In this document: piece by piece, positions 16,737-26,507 of the stretch
Layout: each line of letters starts with the position of its first letter
Position numbering within the stretch: position 1 is the first letter of the stretch
Virus record (IMG/VR): IMGVR_UViG_3300010158_000028
Span: 64,001-128,000 of that record
Length of the DNA stretch: 64,000 nucleotides
Source: a virus
Strand: one strand, 5' to 3'
Notes under the pieces: generated by a model
Database searches by the model: none
What the model was told of the DNA's origin: nothing
What the model saw: only the letters and a program-made list of their open reading frames with translations
Translations under genes and position numbers: made by a program

Positions 16737-18962
16737 TGCAGCGATTCTCTCAATAAACCGTGTTGCCAAGACTCTATTAGACTGTTTTGCCTTATTTAAC
16801 TTAGAAAATGCAGTCTTTAACTTACCGGCAGTAAAATCACCCTCAACTTTTAATTCTTCATTACCAATCAAAGCATCATTACCACCACGAATAATATAGA
16901 AAGCATCATAACCAGTATTGTAAGATATAACAAAATTATCTTTTTTCATATCTTTTACTAGTTTATCTAACATTTCTTCACGTTGACGGTATTGTGATTC
17001 TGGATTTAATTTTTTTGCCATATCATCAACATCAAGACCACCTTCATATCTGTAATCACTTAAGAAAAAACTACGACTAGGTTTCTTTGTGATATAGAAT
17101 CCAAAGATTTTAGTATTAGTGGTTTTTGAAAACCAATCAAATATAACAGCACGTAATGAATGATTATTATCCATCTTCTTTTGATATTTTGTTTTCTTAT
17201 CTTGAATAATTACATTTTGTGTAATTGCACAGAATCTTTTAGAACTATCTTCTTGAACATATCTATTAGTCCAATCGGCATCACCATCATGCACAATACA
17301 TAAATTTACTAAATCTAAATTGTGTCTTTTACGAAATTCATTAACTGGATCACGTAATGCAACCATTGATTCTGTTAAAGGTGTATTAGATAATCCTTCA
17401 GATTTTGGAAGAAAATATTCTTTATCATTTTGATATACTTTCTTTAACATCAAAATATTCTTAACACATTTTAAATATTCAGAACTACTCATACTAGAAT
17501 TCAAATATTCACGTAAAAATACTTCTTCAAATGCTATATCATTATCATTTTTAATAAATGATTTTTCTTTACATGATGCATCGTTTAATCTGAAACTATT
17601 ACCAGTATCATACATACGACCAGTAATGTCATTACCAAATCCATATACAACAAATGGAATGTTTACTTTCTTACAGAACATACTTAAAATTAAAATCTGT
17701 TCTAATGATGCTGCCATATTATAACTCATACTACCAGAACGGTCTAATAATAATACTAAACCATGTGATTTACCTTTAGGCAATTGCATCATCTTACGGA
17801 AAATATTATCATCTAATTTGTATTTGTAGATACTGTTAATATCAATATCACCAGTATTAGATATTTTCTTTTTAGCAAATGATTTGGCAGCTTTACGCAT
17901 TTCAAATTCTTTTGCTAACAATGAGATATATCGGTCATTCTTATTCTTGAATTCTCTCAATTCAGTCTCAGGATTATAATTAAGAGGTTCAAAAACTTTT
18001 GGTGTTAAGAATTCATGAACACGTTTTGCTGATGTAAAGATACCTTTAGGATTTGCAGTAGGAATATTCACATAGATATATTCTTTACATTTTTCATCTA
18101 ATAATGATGCTTCATTATTGCGAAAGTTTTGGTCAGTTTCACATATAGGTTCAAAATCGGGATCATATTGGTCTGCCATTGAACCTTTAGATTCTTTGAA
18201 ACGATTAGGTGTATTGCCATCTTCTTCGCTTTCACCATCTTCTTCAGATTGTTCATTAGAAGGTATTGTAGTAGTTCTTTCTTTACCATCTTCAACATCA
18301 TCAAATTCTAGATCATCTGAAAAATCAGAATCAAATCCTTCATGACTACCAAATTCATTGGTAAAATTACTAAAAGTATTTTCTTGTTTATCTTGTTGTT
18401 CTTTTTTAGAATAACCAAATAATTCTTCAGCAACACGGACAACATCTTCCCATGTTTCACACTTTTCTACTTTATTTAATAATTCAGTTTCAGTTTCAGT
18501 AAAAGTAATACCCAAAAATGTACCACCTTTTGTATAAAGATTAATCTTATCAATAAAAGGTAATGTATTAACATCTTGATTTTTAATACCAAAAAAATCT
18601 TTATCAATTAATTGTTTATAAGCATTGATAAATGATTTTTTAAGACCAGGATAACGCCGTTTGATTTTCTTTTCAATACGAGCATCTTCAACAACATTCA
18701 AAAATGTTTTAAAGTTTTTAGATTGACTCTCAATAATTGCATCATGCCAACCTTCTTCAGGTGTTTCCAATGCATGACCAACTTCATGACCCATCAATAA
18801 ATCATAAAGATCACCACTCATATCAGTCCAAATAGGACAATTCAATACACGGGTTTTCAGATTAAACGATGCAGTTTGAATTTTAGCATGTTGAACCGTG
18901 ATGTTTTCAGTGGCAAGTAACTTTGCTAATTGTGATTTTGATTCGGTAGAATAGTTTTCCAT
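16734..18962 (-). CDS. CobT-like protein: HExxH metallopeptidase-like domain, acidic linker and vWA domain
   Basis: HEVGHAL, NVVEDARIE, LLDRSGSM (MIDAS), TPL, VHDGD; partner of the adjacent AAA ATPase. Confidence 0.85.
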   Translation of the reverse strand: MENYSTESKSQLAKLLATENITVQHAKIQTASFNLKTRVLNCPIWTDMSGDLYDLLMGHEVGHALETPEEGWHDAIIESQSKNFKTFLNVVEDARIEKKIKRRYPGLKKSFINAYKQLIDKDFFGIKNQDVNTLPFIDKINLYTKGGTFLGITFTETETELLNKVEKCETWEDVVRVAEELFGYSKKEQQDKQENTFSNFTNEFGSHEGFDSDFSDDLEFDDVEDGKERTTTIPSNEQSEEDGESEEDGNTPNRFKESKGSMADQYDPDFEPICETDQNFRNNEASLLDEKCKEYIYVNIPTANPKGIFTSAKRVHEFLTPKVFEPLNYNPETELREFKNKNDRYISLLAKEFEMRKAAKSFAKKKISNTGDIDINSIYKYKLDDNIFRKMMQLPKGKSHGLVLLLDRSGSMSYNMAASLEQILILSMFCKKVNIPFVVYGFGNDITGRMYDTGNSFRLNDASCKEKSFIKNDNDIAFEEVFLREYLNSSMSSSEYLKCVKNILMLKKVYQNDKEYFLPKSEGLSNTPLTESMVALRDPVNEFRKRHNLDLVNLCIVHDGDADWTNRYVQEDSSKRFCAITQNVIIQDKKTKYQKKMDNNHSLRAVIFDWFSKTTNTKIFGFYITKKPSRSFFLSDYRYEGGLDVDDMAKKLNPESQYRQREEMLDKLVKDMKKDNFVISYNTGYDAFYIIRGGNDALIGNEELKVEGDFTAGKLKTAFSKLNKAKQSNRVLATRFIERIAA

Positions 18963-18988
18963 ATGACTCTCTCTATTAATATACAATC

Positions 18989-19016
18989 ATTATACACTAA
19001 CCGAATCAAATGTCAA
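18989..19016 (-). promoter_or_regulatory. Sigma70-type promoter
   Basis: TTGACA-16 nt-TATAAT. Confidence 0.75.
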
Positions 19017-19024
19017 GCGTTTTA

Positions 19025-19037
19025 TAAGTTATTGATT
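19025..19037 (-). promoter_or_regulatory. IHF-consensus site
   Basis: AATCAATAACTTA on the minus strand, upstream of the -35 box. Confidence 0.5.
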
Positions 19038-19864
19038 TAAAAGAACTTTTCCAATCCAGAACTTTTCTTCCAATAGTTTGGCCTATTGTTCCAGCATGAT
19101 GTATGCACTTTTTCATACCCATAAACTCGCAAAGTTTCATTAAATAACCGACTCATATCTTTACCAGTATATGTTATGTTCTTATAGTAATACTCATTAA
19201 AGTGACCGATAGCTCTGGCAGTAAATGCGTTTGCTATCAAAAAGTATTTAGGATCACAATGTTTAATAATATCTAACAGATGTTCAATTGGTCTTTGGAA
19301 ATGTTCAAAGTATTCGGATGCAAATATTAGATCGGCTTTTGTATTGGTGTAATCTTGTATTATTGAAAAGTCATATTGATTACCTAATTCTGTTGCCATC
19401 TTATATTGACTACTTCCTTCGATGTTTGTTCCATATACTTTACATTCAGGAAAAGTCTCTTTAAATCCAACAGTTGTATATCCAAAACCACAACCTAAAT
19501 CCATTATAGTAGATATTCCTCTAATATCATCTACTATACTTTTATCAAATAAAGAATCTTTCTTACTGATATCTTTTATATATCTTCTGGAATATTTTAC
19601 CCAACACAACCAAACTTCACAAAAATAATAAGGACTTGAATAAACAGAATATGCAGGATCATTTGTTTCAAGAGAATCATACCAAATTTTTTGTAAATCT
19701 AACATCTCTTGAATATCTGGATCATTAACTTCTGCACCATCGTGTTTTTTTATAAAGTTTAAAGTAATATTATATGCACGATTAATATCAATCTCTGCAT
19801 ACTTTGCACAGTTTTGTAGATATGTATTTAATGAACTCTTTGATATCTCATTAAGAATACTCAT
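19037..19864 (-). CDS. Class I SAM-dependent methyltransferase
   Basis: MDLGCGFG motif I; DLIFASEYFEHF..P. Confidence 0.85.
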   Translation of the reverse strand: MSILNEISKSSLNTYLQNCAKYAEIDINRAYNITLNFIKKHDGAEVNDPDIQEMLDLQKIWYDSLETNDPAYSVYSSPYYFCEVWLCWVKYSRRYIKDISKKDSLFDKSIVDDIRGISTIMDLGCGFGYTTVGFKETFPECKVYGTNIEGSSQYKMATELGNQYDFSIIQDYTNTKADLIFASEYFEHFQRPIEHLLDIIKHCDPKYFLIANAFTARAIGHFNEYYYKNITYTGKDMSRLFNETLRVYGYEKVHTSCWNNRPNYWKKSSGLEKFF

Positions 19865-20697
19865 GGTTTATAATTCTTTATTAATTTCATACCGTAGTTG
19901 TTTACTTTATCTTGTAATTCAATACCATGTTTAAATCTTAATTTGTTTTTCTTGAATGGATTGTAATCAACAAAATGATGCCAACGATCAAATCTCCAAA
20001 CTAATTTTGTAACATCTGGATGCATATCAACAAGCATCTGTGATTTCTTTAGTGTACCTTCTTTGGCATAAAACTCTTCAGTATTACCACCACCTAATGT
20101 TTGTGTTGCGGCTTTACCTTGTAGAAAAGCATTGAACTGAACTGTGCAATCACCATCTTTCAATACACGTAAACAAATATCAGTATCTTCATTATATCTA
20201 CCACGCCATCTATGTTTACATTCATTATCAATTAACAATACAGAATAAATTCTGGTATTTGTAACGAATGGTGGATATTTAGAATTTGGTGCTATAAAAA
20301 ATCTATATTGAAAGCCTGAGATAGGAACATTCTCATATCTATCAACAAAATCTTCTGCAGCTTTAAATATGGCACCAGTCTCTACACGAACTCGTTCATT
20401 TTTCTGCAAACGATAAAAATCTGATATATTATCATCTAATACCCAATGTCTCTTTGCACCCAATTTAATTGCATGATCCCAACACCAATTTCTAGCACGA
20501 CCAGGACCATCACCATGATTACTGAATGGCAATACTAATACTTTTGCCGGATCAATCACTGCACAATATGCATCATAGTCTTGTGGTTCAACTGCAATGT
20601 AATATGGAACTTTCATCCGTTCTAATGACCTGCTTGTCAGTCTACTATCGGCTCTTCCTTTAGAAACAATATAGACTGGATAACTCGGATTATGCAT
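19861..20697 (-). CDS. TET-associated glycosyltransferase (TAGT)/GREB1-like protein
   Basis: PVYIVSKGR, VEPQDYDAY, ARNWCWDH, WVLDDNI, WRGRYNEDTD. Confidence 0.75.
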   Translation of the reverse strand: MHNPSYPVYIVSKGRADSRLTSRSLERMKVPYYIAVEPQDYDAYCAVIDPAKVLVLPFSNHGDGPGRARNWCWDHAIKLGAKRHWVLDDNISDFYRLQKNERVRVETGAIFKAAEDFVDRYENVPISGFQYRFFIAPNSKYPPFVTNTRIYSVLLIDNECKHRWRGRYNEDTDICLRVLKDGDCTVQFNAFLQGKAATQTLGGGNTEEFYAKEGTLKKSQMLVDMHPDVTKLVWRFDRWHHFVDYNPFKKNKLRFKHGIELQDKVNNYGMKLIKNYKP

Positions 20698-20702
20698 ATC
20701 AA

Positions 20703-21059
20703 TTACTCCTCAATCCATCTCTTTAATGAATTAGCATCTCTATCTAATTTAGGATACCATATACTTTTAGTTTTCTCTGATAGATTTTGTTCAACCAATT
20801 TAGCAAATTCTTTATAATCTTCTTCATCTCTAAAGTGTAGATAGATTGTTTTGTATGGTGGATTATTATCTTGGTCAAATTCCGGCATACCTTTCCAGTG
20901 TTTTTTCCATGAATTGGGATTCTCATATACTTGTTCAACTGTAGTCTCTTCTTCTAGACCTAAAATACCAGTAACACCTTTTGATACATTACTCTTACCA
21001 ATAAAATTATCATACTCACCAGATTCTTCAACTTCTACTTTTAATTCATTCTCACTCAT
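20703..21059 (-). CDS. Small protein adjacent to the glycosyltransferase
   Basis: WKGMPEF...HFRDEEDY.EFAKLVEQ.LSEKTKSIWYP. Confidence 0.7.
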   Translation of the reverse strand: MSENELKVEVEESGEYDNFIGKSNVSKGVTGILGLEEETTVEQVYENPNSWKKHWKGMPEFDQDNNPPYKTIYLHFRDEEDYKEFAKLVEQNLSEKTKSIWYPKLDRDANSLKRWIEE

Positions 21060-21637
21060 AACATTTTCTCCATCTTCTTAAACTTTCGGATCAATTTCTT
21101 TTGTTTATCTTGTGCCATCTTTAATGCCAATGAACCAACATGTTTAGTAAACAACATACCTTCCATGTGATCCATTTCATGTTGGAAACATTGAGCAGTA
21201 ACACCATCAAAATCTACTGACTTTTGCTCACCCAATTCTGTATAGTATACTACTTTTATTGATTCGTGTCTAGCAACATTTAAAGTTAAACCAGGAAAAC
21301 TTAAACATCCTTCTCTCATTCTATTAACTTTACCAGTTTCAACAATTTTTGGGTTAATGCAAACTATCTGGAAATTTTCATTACCAATAATAAAAACTCT
21401 TTCTTTAATACCACATTGATTGGCAGAAATACCGATACCACCATATAGTTTCATTGTCATCTTCAATCGTTTAATTAAAGTGGACATATAATGATTTGGT
21501 AATGATGTTTCATCATATTCCGGTATCGGTGCATTTAATACTTTATGTGCGGTATCAACTAATGGTAATGGAAGAATCTCTTCTTCTTTTTGTGTTTGTA
21601 TTCCTGAACCAGTATCAATCGTTAAAAATTCACTCAT
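21056..21637 (-). CDS. def: Peptide deformylase
   Basis: GIGISANQCG, EGCLS, QHEMDH. Confidence 0.95.
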   Translation of the reverse strand: MSEFLTIDTGSGIQTQKEEEILPLPLVDTAHKVLNAPIPEYDETSLPNHYMSTLIKRLKMTMKLYGGIGISANQCGIKERVFIIGNENFQIVCINPKIVETGKVNRMREGCLSFPGLTLNVARHESIKVVYYTELGEQKSVDFDGVTAQCFQHEMDHMEGMLFTKHVGSLALKMAQDKQKKLIRKFKKMEKML

Positions 21638-23346
21638 TTTGCTATCCTTGAAAAATTATTTACCTTCTCAAATTTAATTACTGACCTAAACTTATCTTGT
21701 AATATATCGCCTTTATGACTGATTACAAATAAATTTACATCTTCTAACATATGTAGGATGTTCATTAAATACTCTGTGCCATTTGCATCTAAACTAGAAT
21801 CAAATATTTCATCTAATATTAACAGATTAGTATTTGCAGAATTCTTTAACTTTGCAATTGTTCTCCATGTTAACATCAATGCCATATCAATTCTTTGTTT
21901 CTCACCTTCACTAAATGATTCATAACTAAATGCATCACGGTGTCTTGATTTAATTGTTTCTTTGAATGATTCATCTAAATTAAAATTAACAAAGAAGTCA
22001 AATGTGGCAAGATGTTTGTTTACAACTTTATTAATAACGGGTAGATATTGTTTGATAATTTTAGTTTTAATACCAGTATCTTTTAGTAGACCTGAAGCGG
22101 CTTCATAATATGTTTTTTCATCAATCAATTCTTTCTTCTTTTGTAGAATTATTTCTAATTCATTATTCAATTCATTTAACTTAGTATTCTCTGCATCCAA
22201 ATTATCATGATTAATTTTCAATGATTCAATCTGTGATTTTAGTTTTGCAATATACTTGTTTGTTTCTGTAATAGAAGTTGTGTTGGTGGCATTATTAATT
22301 TGTAATTTCTGTATTTCTTTTTGTTTTACTGTAATCTCATTTAGTCGTTCTTGTTCTGCCAATAGTTTTTCTTCTAATACTTTCAATCCAGATTCTATTT
22401 CGGTAACTCTATCATTATTCTCTTTGATTTGTTGTTCTTTAAACCCCAAGGCAATTTCTTGCTTACAGGTTGGACAATTATCATTCTGTTCAAAGAAACT
22501 GATATCAGTCTTATATTTGGATAAGTTGTTCTCAATCTGCGATTCAATTTTAGTAAATTTCTTGAGTCTAGTCTCGACTTCAATTTTGTTTTCCACGTCG
22601 GTTTGTAATATGTTGATTGAGTTGGATGTTTGTTGTATTTTTTCTTGTAACTCAAGTATGTCAGTATTATACAATTTGATTTGATTATCATATTCTTCTA
22701 CCTTCTCATCATTAGTTTTTTGTATACTCTTAATATGAGTATTCTGGATTTCAATCTTTGCTTCTACAATTTGTAACTTAGAATTGTTTTCAACAACATG
22801 ATCTTTGTTACCAGACATCTTCTCTTTCAATACAGTATTCATTGTAGAAAAGATTTGTATGTCTAGTAAATCTTCAATGATAGACCTACGATCAGATGCA
22901 GATAACTGCATGAATGGCACGAATGATGCAGAACCTAATATAACAATCTGTGTAAATGATTTATAATTTAATTTTAGAATAAACTTCTCTAAGTATTCTT
23001 GATAATCTCTACTTGCGGCATCCTGATTCAGTAAATCGCCATCTTGATATATTTCAAAGATGTTAGGTTTTATGCCACGAATAATTTTATATTTTTTATT
23101 ACCAATATCAAATTCACATTCAGTAACACAATCTTTTTGATTGATGGCATTAATCAGTTGTGGTTTGTTAATACTTCTAAATGCTTTACCAAATAGAGTA
23201 AAACACAATGCATCAAGCATCGTGGATTTACCCGCACCATTAGAACCAATAATTAATGTATTAGACGATCTTTGAAAATCAATCTCGGTATAATAATTAC
23301 CAGTGCTAATAAAGTTCTTATATCTAACTTTTTTAAATACAATCAT
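21634..23346 (-). CDS. gp46: Recombination endonuclease ATPase subunit (Rad50/SbcC-like)
   Basis: GSNGAGKS, CPTC hook, FSEGEK, LILDEIFD. Confidence 0.96.
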   Translation of the reverse strand: MIVFKKVRYKNFISTGNYYTEIDFQRSSNTLIIGSNGAGKSTMLDALCFTLFGKAFRSINKPQLINAINQKDCVTECEFDIGNKKYKIIRGIKPNIFEIYQDGDLLNQDAASRDYQEYLEKFILKLNYKSFTQIVILGSASFVPFMQLSASDRRSIIEDLLDIQIFSTMNTVLKEKMSGNKDHVVENNSKLQIVEAKIEIQNTHIKSIQKTNDEKVEEYDNQIKLYNTDILELQEKIQQTSNSINILQTDVENKIEVETRLKKFTKIESQIENNLSKYKTDISFFEQNDNCPTCKQEIALGFKEQQIKENNDRVTEIESGLKVLEEKLLAEQERLNEITVKQKEIQKLQINNATNTTSITETNKYIAKLKSQIESLKINHDNLDAENTKLNELNNELEIILQKKKELIDEKTYYEAASGLLKDTGIKTKIIKQYLPVINKVVNKHLATFDFFVNFNLDESFKETIKSRHRDAFSYESFSEGEKQRIDMALMLTWRTIAKLKNSANTNLLILDEIFDSSLDANGTEYLMNILHMLEDVNLFVISHKGDILQDKFRSVIKFEKVNNFSRIAK

Positions 23347-24416
23347 TAATCAACTCTCTCTACATTTACCGCTTCAACGTATAGTTCTTTCATTAGACCT
23401 TTAAGTATATCAGGTTTTACATTCAATGTCAACCCATCAATATACTTATTTAAGATAGTCATAGTATCTTCCGCTTGATTTACCAATTCTTCATCATCGG
23501 TAACTGAATTATCGGTAAAATCTTCAACTATACCTATATCAGCAACACCAGTTTTATATAAGTTATCCATCACACTATCAAACAGATATGGATTTTGTTT
23601 GTTGACTACCACAATCTTAACGTAAGTATCTTTCAAATTATCATAATCAAATGCTTTCCAGTATGTAAAGTCTTGGACAGTATCATCATAACTTAATCTA
23701 TGAAACATTTTATATGGATTAGGTATAAATTCTAGTTCTCTTGTGTCTGTATCAAATACATGAAATCCTCTTTGGTCATCATAGTCTGCCCATGTAATTT
23801 CGTATTGATTGCCTAGATATGTTATATTACCATTAGTTGATTTATGATGAAAGTGACCAGATAATACAGTATCAAATCGTTTGAATAGAGAAGAATCTAA
23901 ACCACCTTGACAAACATTACCACGATCCATTTCAAATCCAGATATTTCAAAATGACCAAATACAATTTGACTCTGTGTATTATTTAAAAATTCTAAACTA
24001 CTTTGATAGTTACTTGAATTTATCCATGGTACCAATGCAACATTAATACCATCATATACTCTTTCAACGGGATCAATATACACATTTACATTATTGTAAT
24101 GCTCAAATAATTCATTCATGGCATTGATTTCATTTGTATTCTTGTAAGTAACATCATGATTACCTACAATAACATCCATTTGAATATTGTTCTTTAATAA
24201 TCTATCAAAGAATCTTTTACGCCAAGAATTCAATGTAACATAATTAATAAATTTTCTACGATCAACAACATCACCTAAATGACAAATCTGTGTGATGTTA
24301 TTTTCTTCTAAGTATGGAAAGAATACATTTTCCCAAAACTTAAAAAAGAATTCATTGAATATTGCACTGTCACCTCTTGCACCGGCATGGGTGTCATTTA
24401 TTAGGGCTAACTTCAT
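23346..24416 (-). CDS. gp47: Recombination endonuclease nuclease subunit (Mre11/SbcD-like)
   Basis: DTH, LGDVVDRR, VGNHD, SGHFH. Confidence 0.96.
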   Translation of the reverse strand: MKLALINDTHAGARGDSAIFNEFFFKFWENVFFPYLEENNITQICHLGDVVDRRKFINYVTLNSWRKRFFDRLLKNNIQMDVIVGNHDVTYKNTNEINAMNELFEHYNNVNVYIDPVERVYDGINVALVPWINSSNYQSSLEFLNNTQSQIVFGHFEISGFEMDRGNVCQGGLDSSLFKRFDTVLSGHFHHKSTNGNITYLGNQYEITWADYDDQRGFHVFDTDTRELEFIPNPYKMFHRLSYDDTVQDFTYWKAFDYDNLKDTYVKIVVVNKQNPYLFDSVMDNLYKTGVADIGIVEDFTDNSVTDDEELVNQAEDTMTILNKYIDGLTLNVKPDILKGLMKELYVEAVNVERVD

Positions 24417-24846
24417 CAAACTCACCTTTTTTCTGATATTCTATTCTATAAGTTCTGTTACGTAATTCACTACTGCTAAAGTGATGATCTCTCCGATTAA
24501 AATAGATTTCAATACCTCTACCAGCACAGATATCTTTTGCAGTGAATTGTTTTTCTTTATATTCATCACCAATAATTCTAACTGAAATTGGGAATGAACG
24601 GAATATTTCCTCTAAGTCACTTTCATATGTGTATGGTATAATCTGATCAACATATGTAACTGCCTTGAGTTGAATATATCTTTCAACTACACTTTGGATA
24701 GGTTTATTTTTTTCTTTCCGATCAATTGTTGGATCAGTTTGTAATCCAACAATTAAAAAGTCACATTGAGTCTTTGCTTCTTCTAACATCAATATGTGAC
24801 CAGCATGAAGTAAATCAAATGCACTACATGTAAATCCAACTCTCAT
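24394..24846 (-). CDS. Glycerol-3-phosphate cytidylyltransferase (TagD-like)
   Basis: FDLLHAGH, KPIQSVVER, FSSSELR. Confidence 0.88.
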   Translation of the reverse strand: MRVGFTCSAFDLLHAGHILMLEEAKTQCDFLIVGLQTDPTIDRKEKNKPIQSVVERYIQLKAVTYVDQIIPYTYESDLEEIFRSFPISVRIIGDEYKEKQFTAKDICAGRGIEIYFNRRDHHFSSSELRNRTYRIEYQKKGEFDEVSPNK

Positions 24847-24856
24847 AATAATCTCC

Positions 24857-25414
24857 TTAAATTTCTGGTAGTTCTTTCACATCCAATTCAATAAAGTTTT
24901 CAATACCTTTAATCTTTACTTTCTTTTTATTCTTTTTAGTTTCTTCAAATGTATGAATGAATTCTGATATGTTATCATACATTTTAAATTGTTGCATATG
25001 CCCATTCTCATCTTCAAACATTTCACCTTCATCTAATAAACCAAACTGTTCTGTTGCTTTGTATTTTACATATAGTTGTTTCTTCTCTTTGGCAATTCTT
25101 CGTAGAAATGCAAAGTAAATAATCTGTGTAAAATAGGCAAATGGATTAGATGATTTGGCAGGATCAAAGTTTCTGAAATACATTATACAATTTTCAATAC
25201 CATCTGCAATCATTTCATCTCTAAATGAATATGATACGAAGTTTGGTTTTCTAGATAGATGTTCTGCAATTTTAATAAAACATTCACCGATATAGTTTGG
25301 TACTATAGGTTCTGGTTTATCATTTTTTTTGGCTTCAACACACTTTTCGGTATAATCGGTTAGTGCTTTTAAGAAGTCGGCATTGTTAATGTAATGTGCT
25401 TTTTTCTTACTCAT
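24857..25414 (-). CDS. gp55: Late-transcription sigma factor
   Basis: HYINNADF, EMIADGIENC, NPFAYFTQI...AFLRRI.KEKKQ. Confidence 0.96.
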   Translation of the reverse strand: MSKKKAHYINNADFLKALTDYTEKCVEAKKNDKPEPIVPNYIGECFIKIAEHLSRKPNFVSYSFRDEMIADGIENCIMYFRNFDPAKSSNPFAYFTQIIYFAFLRRIAKEKKQLYVKYKATEQFGLLDEGEMFEDENGHMQQFKMYDNISEFIHTFEETKKNKKKVKIKGIENFIELDVKELPEI

Positions 25415-25435
25415 AATATTTACCTTATATTTCGC

Positions 25436-25464
25436 TTGACAGGTTAGTGATACATTGTTATAAT
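25436..25464 (+). promoter_or_regulatory. Sigma70-type promoter on the opposite strand, pointing away from gp55
   Basis: TTGACA-17 nt-TATAAT with an extended -10 (TGtTATAAT). Confidence 0.7.
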
Positions 25465-25478
25465 GGTTTTGTCGTTCT

Positions 25479-25910
25479 TTAATGTAATATTCTTTTCTTA
25501 TTACTTAATACTTCTTTAATGGTTTCAATACTATCTACATACTCTGAGAACTCTTCTTCTGAAACATCTTCTTCATCACCATCTTCGTTTAATGATTGTT
25601 CAATGTGGTCTGACTCTTCAATGATACATTCATTCAAATCAATCACTGCCTTATTATAATAATTAACAAGAGATTCTTTAGGTTGAAATACAGTTAATAC
25701 GTCTTGTGAATAAACTGTAGCCATATTATATTGAATAATCTCTACAGGTAACCAAGGTACCATCATCATAACTGATTTACCAGTAATCTGTCTTTTAAAT
25801 AATACTGTCATAGGATTGTTAAGTGTAACGATACCTTCTTCTTTATCTTCTATCATAGAAGCAATGATATCTTCACCCGATTGCATCCTTATTATTTTTA
25901 TGTTATCCAT
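25479..25910 (-). CDS. Conserved hypothetical protein upstream of gp55
   Basis: IKIIRMQSGEDIIA...MVPWLP; acidic tail. Confidence 0.75.
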   Translation of the reverse strand: MDNIKIIRMQSGEDIIASMIEDKEEGIVTLNNPMTVLFKRQITGKSVMMMVPWLPVEIIQYNMATVYSQDVLTVFQPKESLVNYYNKAVIDLNECIIEESDHIEQSLNEDGDEEDVSEEEFSEYVDSIETIKEVLSNKKRILH

Positions 25911-25940
25911 GTCAAAAATACCCTTTTAGGTAAAAAAAAT

Positions 25941-25948
25941 TATAAATA
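25941..25948 (+). promoter_or_regulatory. T4-type late promoter for the GIY-YIG gene
   Basis: TATAAATA, exact. Confidence 0.75.
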
Positions 25949-26006
25949 AGTGTAGATCGCCGAGTTGCAGCTCGCACCTACTCTAATACGAAAGGACCGT
26001 ATCAGT

Positions 26007-26507
26007 ATGACTATTTATTCTTCTAAAAACAGACCTAATCATTTTTATGTATATGCTTATCTAAGAGATAATAATTTACCTTATTATATAGGTAAAGGTT
26101 GCAGAGATAGAGCATGGAACAAAAATCATTCAATAAACATACCTAATGATAACACAAAAATAATAATAATGCAAGCTAATTTAACGGAAATTGGAGCATT
26201 TGCCATAGAAAGAAGAATGATTCAATGGTATGGAAGAATTGATAATGGTACAGGTATACTTAGAAATTTAACTGATGGTGGTGATGGAACATCCGGTTAT
26301 AAACAATCAGAAATACACATACAAAAACGAAAAAAAGCTAGACTTTTAAGTGGATATAATCATACACCAGAATCTAAAAATAAATTATCAATTAATAAAA
26401 CAGGTAAACTTAGACCAGATCATAGTCAAAAAATGAAACAGTATTGGGATAAAAAAACAAAAGAAGAAAAATTACAACATTCCAAAAAAACTTTTAATAA
26501 AAATTAA
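26007..26507 (+). mobile_element. Free-standing GIY-YIG-type homing endonuclease gene
   Basis: FYVYAYLR..PYYIGKG..R, IER.MI..YGR, LRNLTDGGDG and a NUMOD3-like HTPESKNKLS; the only plus-strand gene. Confidence 0.85.

Noticed and set aside
15312-18962. Cobalamin biosynthesis role for the CobS/CobT-like pair
   Set aside because: No other cob genes are present; the pair is better described as a generic MoxR AAA+/vWA chaperone module common in T4-like phages
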